This document shows positions 54,001 through 64,000 of a DNA stretch of 64,000 bases, piece after piece; the first letter of the stretch is position 1; every line of letters begins with the position of its first letter. Location: NCBI GenBank assembly GCA_951406725.2, contig OX597816.1, forward strand, positions 75,888,001 through 75,952,000. Reading direction: 5' to 3'. This DNA comes from Octopus vulgaris. Taxonomy: Eukaryota. A program made the position numbers and the translations under genes. The notes below the pieces were generated by a model, which was not told the origin of the DNA, did no database searches, and saw nothing but the letters and a program-made list of their open reading frames with translations.

Positions 54001-54984
54001 CATCTTTCTTCTGCTTCTCCCCTTTTTCATAGGTGGGTAGGGTCGTAATGAATGCTGGTACATAAGCATCGCCTACTGACGACAAAGTGATTTCCATTTC
54101 CGAAGCTCTTAATGTTTGTGCTGTTGAAACAGACTCCTCGAGATCTCCTGTTACAGTTGGTCGTATTTCTGTCCAAACAGAATTGCTCTCCGAATCACAA
54201 CCTACGAATTACTAACGCTGTGAATGGCCCCGATTTTTCCCCCTTGAATTGCATTTGCGTAAGTAATCCTGTGTAGTCCGATAGGTGGATATAGATCACA
54301 CTATTTTATACTTGATGTGCTACCTGATCCTCTATCTTAAAGGACATGGAGACTCTACTTGCCTTGATCGATGGAAACTACGTCATTTCACACACCAGTC
54401 AATGTTTCCTTCATTTCATCTTTCGAGGGTATTCAAAAAAACTATACCTATCTTGACGAGGTAGAGTTATATCATACACCCCTGTTTGCTTTCTCTTTGT
54501 AACACACCGTTGTTAGTTTTCTTTTCCTGACCCAACCTTATTCATATCCAAAATGTCATTATCGGAAACGATATCTATAAAGCTCTGTGTGCGCAACTGT
54601 CTTGTTATTGTTAAAACCATTGTTATTATCGAAAGCAAAATCATCTTTTCCATTTAAATTGTATGGTTTGGTGCATATTCCTGTTCATATCCCCACATTT
54701 TAGTTCGTGTTTTTTGTAGGTGCTAAAGTTATTTTTCTGAAGAGCTGTCATCTATACCTGTTGTTGATATTTTGCGTCGAAAGTTGCACTAAAAGTGTTT
54801 TACAAATGCTCTTTTCCCAAACTTGGAGAAATAATTAGAATATACTTCTCGACTCGCATACATATGATAGAAAAAAATAGCAGCACGTGTTTGAAAGAAA
54901 TCAAGATATAATCCAAGCACGGAATCGATATGAAAACGAGTCTAGCTATGACACTGCTGCTGATGATGATGAGGATAAACTTCT

Positions 54985-55543
54985 ACATAAACAGTACACA
55001 AAAATAAGCTAAGTGTAAAACTGCAGAATATTAAGAGTTTGGGAAGAAACAATTAACCATATTATCCTCGATTGCTCAGTTTTATCCAAAACTGAATACT
55101 TCTACAGGCATGATGGGTTGGGGAAGTTATTCCAGCATTGTGAAATACCATAAACAATAAGTCATCTTCCCCCACATTTTCTTGGTACATACAGTCTGCC
55201 TGCGTCACTTTTTGGGTGGAGTGACCCATATCTAGCAACTTTCTTGTCTAAGCTGTTTAGTTCGTCTACTGTCCATGCGATTACTCCTGCTTCATATATA
55301 AGGAGTGAAACGCCCAGGTGTTGATAGCTTCGATCTTATTCCGTTCGTTTAATTTCGTCTTAAGTATCAGTCTCAGTCTGAGTAAGAACTCCACCTTAAA
55401 TTTTTCTGTCATTTCTTTCTCCATCAATTTATCCATTTCCAAAATGTCTTCTATCTGCTTCATAACCTCCCTCGACGGTATTGTTAGTCCGTCCATACGT
55501 TTGATTTTTGCCTCTCTTCAATACTAACATACCACACTTTCTC
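54985..55543. mobile_element. R4/Dong LINE fragments (+ strand CCHC/RHD 54985-55140; - strand RT thumb 55165-55543)
   Basis: CRI....ETINH...C..LSKTEY..RHD; RLRLILKTKLN.RNKI.AINTWA. Confidence 0.75.
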
Positions 55544-55547
55544 ACTT

Positions 55548-55550
55548 ATT

Positions 55551-55632
<82 letters not shown>

Positions 55633-55638
55633 CCACCA

Positions 55639-55673
<35 letters not shown>
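55548..55673. repeat. (TCA)n-(ATT)n microsatellite
   Basis: Direct reading; (ATT)n/(GTT)n also at 55900-56035. Confidence 0.97.
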
Positions 55674-55897
55674 GAGTGAGCGAGCAGAGCATGCCATCAA
55701 AGTGACACTGGGGTAAAATATACGAAGCCCAGTATACCCATCATGACTACCCGTCTGATAAGGGTACACCAGGCACATGCATCACAACCATATGTGCGCG
55801 ACATGGTGATCTCATATCAAGATAAACAGCACATGACCTTGCAGGTGGAGCCCAGTTAGAATTTTCTTCAGATCGAGTAACCCATCCCGCTCAAAAG

Positions 55898-55899
<2 letters not shown>
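55674..55899. repeat. Partial copy of the ~556-bp (TAA)n-associated element
   Basis: Near-identical to 27391-27617; (ATT)n on both sides. Confidence 0.9.
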
Positions 55900-55950
<51 letters not shown>

Positions 55951-55975
55951 GTTATTGTTGTTGTTGTTGTTGTTG

Positions 55976-56036
<61 letters not shown>

Positions 56037-57229
56037 GCAGTATATTTTTTTCGCGTGCTTTCACTTCACTACCGGGCGCAGCTCTGTGTGCCTTGGGTAT
56101 GTGCTGAGATTTGTTGTGATGCTCTGATGGTTACTGTATGGAAAGTGTTCTGCGTAGGATGTGTGCAGTGCCTAGTAGTGCAATTTTCTGTATGTTATAT
56201 GTGTTTGTAAATCCTGGTGTTTTTGTTATGTATTTGTCTGAATATTTTTTTATCATGCCTAATGCACCTATTATGATAGGAATTGTTTCTGTTTTTAGAT
56301 TCCACGTTCTGGTTACCTCTATTTCCAGGTCTTTGTATTTTGAAACTTTCTCCATTTCTTTTAGAGACACGTTGTCATCTGCTGGTATTGATACATCAAT
56401 TAGAAAGCATTTTTCTTCATGATCTCTGACAACTATATCTGATCTGTTGGCCTTAATTTCTGTGTGTATTGGCATATCCCAGAGTATGGTTGCTTTCTCG
56501 TTTTCTGTGACCTTTTCAGGTGTGTGCCTATACCATCTTTTTTCTGTTGTTATTTCATAATGTTGGCATAGCTTCCAGTGTATATAGGTCCCAACTCTGT
56601 CGTGTCTGTGAATATATTCCTTCTTAGCCAGAACTGGGCAGCCAGAGATAATATGATTTATTGTTTCTTGTCCATCTCCACATATTCTGCAGTTGCTTGT
56701 TATATTTCTTTTCATTACATGTTTTTGGTAATTTCTGGTGGGAAGGCTTTGGTCTTGTGCTGCAATTAAAAATCCTTCTGACTCTGCTTTGAGTCCTGAG
56801 CTTCTCAACCATTGCTGGGATTTTTCTTTGTCTATTTCTGTTGCGTTTAGTTTAGTCCAGTATTTACCATGAAGGGGCTTTTCTTGCCATCGTTTTATCA
56901 TGGTTCGTTGCTGTTCTATTTTTAGTTTGGATTTCATTTGTTTTATAGCTTTTGTTGTTTATTCATCTTCTTCTTCTTCTTCTTCTTCTTCTTCTTCTTC
57001 TTCTTCTTCTTCTTCTTCTTCTTCTTCTTCTTCTTCTTCTTCTTCTTCTTCTTCTTCTTCTTCTTCTTCATATTTGTTAGATGGTATGATTTCTTGTTTG
57101 TATTTGTCAGCTTCCTTAAATACTGAGAACAGTCTTTTGTTTTGTTCGTGTTTTGCCGCTATTTGTATCAGTTTTCCTTCCTTCTGAAGTAGATATTTTT
57201 GCAGTCCTATGGTGGTTATTTTATAATAG

Positions 57230-57232
<3 letters not shown>
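56037..57232 (-). mobile_element. R4/Dong-clade LINE 3' fragment with an in-frame (GAA)34 tract
   Basis: ORF 56131-56937: KPLHG, ESEGFLIAAQDQ, CRIC..ETINHIISGC, RHDRV, LIDVSIP, KYKDL, GTAHILRRTL. Confidence 0.93.
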
Positions 57233-57267
<35 letters not shown>

Positions 57268-57427
57268 CAGTCGGGTTGATTATGCTTTCTACTAGGTCAC
57301 AAGCCGTACTTTATCGTGTAACGAATTCTTATAGTTTTTCTTTTTAAAGTCCTGTTATGTGATTTGGCATTTGTTCTTACAGTGTATTGAGGGCGAGAAA
57401 CCTCTGTTATAGCATATATTCTGCAAA

Positions 57428-57595
57428 TATTCGACCCGAAGGAAATTCTAACTGGGCCTCACCTGCAAGGTCATGCGGTGTTTATCTTGATATGAGATCA
57501 CCATGTCGCGCACATATGATTGTGATGCATGTTACTTGTGTATCCTTATCAGGCAGGTAGTCATGATGGGTATAGTGGGCTTCGTGTATTTTATT
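57428..57595. repeat. Inverted partial copy of the ~556-bp element
   Basis: Reverse complement of ~27430-27595. Confidence 0.8.
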
Positions 57596-57597
57596 CT

Positions 57598-58300
57598 GTA
57601 ACGATGAAATTGAAATTATAGACCACCTAATCTCAGGGTGTAGAGTCTTAGCACCTGTAGAGTTTTAGCACATGACAGAGTCGGCCAGTATTTACACTGG
57701 ACAATATGTCGGCATTATAAAATCAAAACCGCTGACAAATGGTATAAACACCATCCTGAAGCTGTGACTGAGGGAGAAAACGTGTTGATTCTCTGGGACT
57801 TCCCCGTACATGCTGACAAAACTATAAAAGCTAATAAACCGGATATTATAAAAGATCAGACGAAAAAGGTGTGTTTATTAATTGACATGAGTATTCCTTT
57901 CGCTCAAAATAAAGCGGCAAAAGAATTTGACAAGATCAGTAAATATAAAGACTTGCTAATAGACATTGGAAAATGTGGCATCCAAAGGCGACTACAGTAA
58001 CAGTAATTGTATGATCTCTAGGGATGATAAAAAAAAAAGGTACTGAAACCTATTTGAAAATGATACCAGGCTCCCCTCCCTACAGGAAGTGCGAAAAATC
58101 GTGTTAACTGGAACGGCTCATGTACTGAGAAGAGCATTATCGCTGTGAAAACAACATCCATTCATGAATTTATTTGTTTATTAATTTTTTAAATACATAT
58201 TTTACCTGTGAATTTGCGTGTGTAATCTGGGAATCTTTGCCCTAGGTGTACGGAAAACACTCAGCGAGAAATGGAAGAAAATTTGAAGAAAGAAGGAAAA
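57598..58300 (+). mobile_element. R4/Dong-clade LINE 3' fragment (same family as 25875-26527)
   Basis: LWDFPVHADKTIKANKPDII, LIDMSIP; shared 3' UTR CTTTGCCCTAGG...AGAAATGGAAG.AAATTTGAA. Confidence 0.88.
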
Positions 58301-58462
58301 AAATTAATAATATGTTGAAGGAAAAGAAAGCGAGAGAAGTCGGAGAAGCCAAAGAACAACAACAAAAGGAAGAAGAACAAGAAGTGAAAAAGAATTTCGG
58401 CTGGCACCGTTAGCTCATTGCATCGAAAAATACCTATTCACTTCACTGCAATAACAAAGAAG

Positions 58463-58611
<149 letters not shown>

Positions 58612-60431
58612 AATAGAAGTAAGGAAATGTTGAAGGATACTTGTGAAAGCAATGCACAAACATGCTGAAATTGCTTTTTGAGTCATATAAGTAACGCATT
58701 GCAAAACTTTCGCACTAATCACCGATTAGCAAACACATAGAAGCACGATAATGGAGCACAAGTCAACTCAACGTCAATAATTTATTCAACCCCGAGCAAA
58801 CAACGCAGATGAAAACCGTAATATTTACCTCAAAGTGAAAAGAAGAATGCATACATTGAACTTCGTGCATAAAAATTGCGAAAAATAGAGTGTGAAGATT
58901 TCGACTAAACCAAATCAGCTAATATCCGATGCAAATGACGAAGTCTAAGTAAAGGGACGGACGTTACTTTACAATTCACGCAAATGCAACAGGAAAGTTA
59001 TAAACCACTTGGACGACAATACATTTTTCTATGCTACATGCATATTTCATAGGTGAACACTACACTCAAATCTAGATTTTAAAAAAAGTACGCATTATAA
59101 TGTCTGGAGGGAAAATAAATCTATCCTAAATTTAACACTGTAATTTAAGAAAATGCATTCTAAACGAAATACTGTACAAAAGTAACAGAACACTCAATAG
59201 AGAGAAAGCATTACAAGCAATGAAAAAAATGCAGCAAAAAATGCAGCAAAAAATGCAAGAAATGAGAATGAAACACATTAGTTGAGAACGCAAATCACAA
59301 AGATAGACATAACACGTAAAACAAAAAAAACAAAAAATAAAGCAAAATATGAATCAAACCATAGAATTCCTAGATAAAAGCGAATAATTAACTAACGTCA
59401 AAGCAGAAACACATAATCGGAAATAGGATCCAAAGGGGTTAATGTTAGAAATTTCAGAATAGAACACTGAAGATGAAAATTTTGATGATAATCTAAAGGT
59501 TGAAATTGCTAAAGAATGAAAATTGATAAAATATCTCATGTACCAACGAAAGAGACACCCCCACAAAGATAAAATTTAAAGATTAAATAGCAACAACAAT
59601 GAAACAAACCTTGTTATACGTATATTAAGCGAAAAGAGATATAAATACTTAATATCTCATCGATAAAGCAAGCAAAAAATGCAGAAATCACAAATGAAAC
59701 TAGAAAATTTATCAAAAGTACTCATACAGCGACATCTAAGCAATCAATATTGAAAACTTAACATGAGGGGAAAAGGCAGAAAACGAAAGAAACATACATG
59801 AGACCAAAAACGAAGAAACATGTAAAGAGAAAGAAGGAGAGGGAGAGAGAGATAGAGAGTGATAGAGAAATTGAAAAAATACAAAGTAACAGAAGGACCA
59901 GAAAACAAAAGGTATCTGAAGGGCTCCTCCTTAAAACGCAATGAATCCAGTGCTTCAATTCTTCGAGTGTAATTTTTATACAAGTCACACGATAGACGCT
60001 CAACGTATTGTCACAAATTCTTATAATATAACACAAACAGCATATATACAATCATCACTCAATACAATAACAGTTCACACAACAAATATTCTATATAATC
60101 ATTACTTTACATTTCAATGCATCCTACACTTGCCAAACAGCTTAGACACCTCACATTGTACACATTTGCTACTTGATACTATAACATAATTTACACAACT
60201 CGCACAATACAATTATCATTCAACATAACTCACATAGAACATAATTTACATTATAAACATACGAAACAAAAAAAAAAACCACCAGGAAGGAACAACGAAA
60301 CGAACGCAACAGCAAAGAATCACAGGCAACATGCAAACACTATTTCACCGCTGATATGTTGTACATATCTCAGGAACATGAAGATGCATCTGGTGTGCTG
60401 TAGATGCTAGCACAAACCTGTTGAAAGCAGG

Positions 60432-60496
60432 ATGATGATGGTGGCCGTGATGTTGGCAAATAATATGAACAATCTTTCATATAATAATTATCTTCC
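60432..60496 (+). CDS. Candidate first coding exon of a host gene (MMMVAVMLANNMNNLSYNNYLP...)
   Basis: ATG triplet, 21 full codons, then a consensus donor CC|GTAAGT (phase 2). Preceded by ~1.8 kb of TE-free A-rich sequence. Confidence 0.45.
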
Positions 60497-61094
60497 GTAA
60501 GTATGTACGTCGGAGGGAGCGCTTTTGATTTTAACCAAAGAAATAAATAGCAGGTGAAAGCACATATATACAGTCTATCTTGTTTATCGTATATTAATGT
60601 TTAAATATTGTGGCACAAATTGCACAATCTTTTTACTTTTCTCAATGTATTATAATTTACTATTATTAACTTTATTACGTATCTATTTTCTGTACGTCAT
60701 TTGAGATTTTTCATTTTTTATTTATCATATTAGTAACATTTTATGCAAACTTAAATATCAGTATACGGTTACAAAACCAAATTATATATCTGTGTTTTCA
60801 TCTTATTTCCTGGAGAATAATTTTAACTGTTATGAATCAAATATAGTTTCAACGCATGAATCGCAAAGAAATGTTTTAAAATGATTTTACTGCACGTAGA
60901 GGTGAAGAATAATCTAGTTTCTGAAGTGCTGTTGGAATAGCGAAAGCAGTGACCTTTTGCTAAAACAATAAACGTGTAAATTACATATATTTATACACAC
61001 GCCCGATTATATTTCTTTAACTGTAAGTCTATGGTCTACTTTTGCGTAATGGATTCTATTGTTTCTGTTTCTGCCACTAAACTGATACACACAC

Positions 61095-61230
61095 ATACAC
61101 ACACACACACACACACATATATATACGACGGGCTTCTTTCAGCTTCCGTCTACCAAATCCACTCACAAGGCTTTGATCGGCGCGATGCTACAGTAGAATA
61201 CTCTTGCCCAAGGTGCAACGCTGTGGGACT
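61095..61230 (-). mobile_element. SINE family B partial copy
   Basis: ATACGACGGGCTTCTTTCAG..CCAAATCCACTCACAAGGC..CTTGCCCAAGG..GGGACTGAAC. Confidence 0.8.
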
Positions 61231-61231
61231 G

Positions 61232-61660
61232 AACTCAGTACCAAGTGGTTAAAGGTGGAAAGCGAAGGCTTCATATTAGCTGCTCAAGATTAAAGCTCAT
61301 TGATCCGGAACTACCAGGACACTGTAATGAAAAATCGTGTCCATCCAGTTTACCGAATCTGTAATGAGATTGTAACATTGGATCACTTGATCTCCTGATG
61401 TAAAGTTTTAGCATCATTGGAGAATAAATCAAGGCATGACAGAGTTGGCCAATATCTACATTGGTTAATATGTCGGTATTATAAGATCAAGACTTTTGAA
61501 AAGTGATATAGCACTTGAGAAGTGTTGAAAAGTGGTAAGCGTTACATTTTCTCCTGTACATACAGCATAACCATCAAGAATGATAAACCGAGTGCTGTAA
61601 AAGTTTAAAAGGATAAAATCCTTTTATTGATTGACATGAGTATCCCTTGTGATCATAATA
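61232..61660 (+). pseudogene. Degenerate R4/Dong RLE fragment
   Basis: ESEGFILAAQD, RHDRVGQYLHW.IC, LLIDMSIPCDHNI. Confidence 0.8.
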
Positions 61661-61664
61661 TTTT

Positions 61665-62030
61665 TTTCTACTCCAGGCACAAGGCCCGAAATTTTTGGGG
61701 AGGGGACCAGTCAATTAGATCATCCCCAGTACGCAACTGGTACTTAATATATCGACCCTGAAAGGATGAAAGGTATAGTCAGCCACGGCGGAATTTGAAC
61801 TCAGAACGTAAAGACAGACGAAATACCTATTTCTTTACTACCCACAAGGGGCTAAACAAAGAGAAGACAAACAAGGACAGACAAACGGATTAAGTCGATT
61901 ATATCGAACCCAGTGCATAACAGGTACTTATTTAATCGTCCCCGAAAGGATGAAAGGCAAAGTCGACCTCGGCGGAATTTGAACCCAGAATGTAGCGGCA
62001 GACGAAATGCCACTAAGAATTTCGCCGGGC
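61665..62030 (-). mobile_element. SINE family A dimeric copy
   Basis: Reverse complement of the head-core-tailA-core-tailB structure. Confidence 0.88.
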
Positions 62031-62359
62031 GGTTACAATATCATTGGTTGTAAGAGCACTAGGAAGAATGAATAAATAAAAGACTCGAAAATTATTTGAG
62101 ACTGTTTCTTTGCTTACCATCCTCTTAATAAGTGTAAAATGTTATTTTTACTGGTACGTAACACGTATTGAGAACAGCATTGTCGCTGTGAGAAGGATAA
62201 CCTTCCATGTAAATAATTTATTTTTCTACACAACTTTATTTGATATTGTAAATAAACAATCTTGTGTACTTACTTTTCTCGACCCAAAGTATCGGGAAGA
62301 CACTCAACGAGAAATGGAAACAAAATTCAAGGAGGAAAAAATAACTCATAATAATAGTA

Positions 62360-62586
62360 ATCCTTTCTACTATGGGTGCAAGACCTACAATCTTGTGTGG
62401 TCCAGTCGACTACATCGGTTCCAGTGCTTGACTGGTACTTACTTTATCGACCCGGAAAGGATGAAAAGCAAAATGGACCTCGGCGGAATTTGAATTCAAA
62501 ACGTGAAGATGAACGAAATGCCGCTAAGCATTTTGCCTAGCGTGTTAATGATTCCGCCAGCTCACCTCCTTATAACAACAACAACA

Positions 62587-62617
<31 letters not shown>

Positions 62618-62830
62618 GTATTTTCAAGTTTTGCCACAAGTTTAGCAATTTCGGAGGAGTTGGTAAGTCGATTAAATCGAGTCTATTGCTCAACTGGTAC
62701 TCATTGACCTTGGAAGGATGAAAAGCAAAGTCAACCTCGACAGAATTTGAACTCAGAACATAAAGAGCCAGAAGAAAGAACAGCTGAGCATTTTTGTCCA
62801 ATGTGTTAACAGTTTTGTCAGCTCGTCGCC
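62360..62830 (-). mobile_element. Two diverged SINE family A monomers (62360-62570 and 62620-62830)
   Basis: GGTACT..CGACCC.GAAAGGATGAAAAGCAAA..GACCTCG.C.GAATTTGAA. Confidence 0.8.
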
Positions 62831-63723
62831 ATACGATAATAACAATACTTTTGGCAAAAAACTACGTAGGTCGAATAACTACGAAGTTAAACCTAGCTCT
62901 GTCTGCCTCTCCGTTTGTCTCTCTGTCTGTCTCTCTCTCTCTCTTCATCTCTCCTTCATTCTCTCGCTCCCTCTCTGACTGACTTTCTCTCTCACTCACG
63001 CGAAAACAATAACAATTGAACGCTAGCGGGAACATTTATAAACTGTACAACATTCTCATTTATCTTTGAAGTAATAACTGTCATCTTTATTCACCAATCA
63101 ATCTCACACAATGTGGAAACCACAATTGCTTATTACCGTGATTACTTATCCGTCTCTTCTTTTTGTACTCACCAATCACATTGTTGCTTATCTCCCCAAT
63201 TCAGAAATTTATAGTCTCCCCTCTCCTTTTTCTCTCATTCCGTCTTTCTCCCTCTCTTTATCTCTTTCTTTTTATGTAATTCTATTACATACACTGTCTC
63301 CTCCTCAGCATTTCTTATAAACATTGTTTTTTTTTTCTCTCTCTCTCTCCAACAAATGTTTCCTTTCTTTCTATCTCTCTCTCACATTTTCTTCATGTCA
63401 CGAACGTTATCTTTCTCTCCTTCTCACACTGTTTCTCCTCTCCCTCTTTCTATCTGACACACAATCACTCCCTTTCACTCATACACTACCGCTGTCACTT
63501 CTCCATCTTTCTCTTTTTCTCCCCTCTTTTTCTCTCTTTCTCTCTGAGCCTTCCTCTTTGATAATGTTTGCTAAAATTTAAAAAAAGCGAAAAGAGAAAT
63601 ACGACTCTGATATTCCACTGCCAGTCAAATCATTTTCATTATGTCCTGAAAATACTAGAAGATAATGAAGATAATTCCTCTATGTCCTCATTTTCCATTC
63701 GACCGGGTTGTCGTCAATAAAGT

Positions 63724-63763
<40 letters not shown>

Positions 63764-63776
63764 GTCATCGTCATCG

Positions 63777-63827
<51 letters not shown>

Positions 63828-63911
63828 ACAACAACAACAATACAATCACCTCTATCATCGATATATTAATCGTCGTCATTGTCATCATATCATCGTCATC
63901 ATAATCATCAC

Positions 63912-63943
<32 letters not shown>

Positions 63944-63945
63944 CC
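63724..63945. repeat. (TCA)n microsatellite
   Basis: Direct reading. Confidence 0.95.
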
Positions 63946-64000
63946 GTCACTGTGGTCCGCAATTAGAGTTTTACGACGGGCAAAAAAATGCCCATGTCTT

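Overview
AT-rich, repeat-saturated metazoan DNA with no prokaryotic features. The SINE families and very dense AT/AC/TAA/TATG/TATC microsatellites look like an octopus/cephalopod genome (inference). Almost all long ORFs come from transposable elements, and most short ORFs in the track are microsatellite artefacts. Contents: a 5'-truncated Naiad-like Penelope retroelement (RT + GIY-YIG) with a hammerhead ribozyme; several Penelope remnants and fold-back mini-elements; many R4/Dong-type RLE-LINE fragments lying in (TAA)n tracts, together with a ~556-bp non-coding (TAA)n-associated repeat; an internally deleted Tx1/L1-like LINE; Tc1 and mariner relics; non-autonomous Helitrons; and three tRNA-derived SINE families. 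The main discovery candidate is a 2.2-kb ORF1-only (gag-like, zinc-knuckle) retroelement at 47633-49833. It has a 15-bp TSD and an apparent retained 5'-UTR intron. Its 3' stem-loop motif is shared with the neighbouring Tx1-like LINE and with the commonest SINE, which suggests a LINE / half-LINE / SINE system using one RT-recognition signal. One small candidate host exon (60432-60496) may be an alternative first coding exon of a large gene. Coordinates were read by eye and fragment boundaries are approximate.
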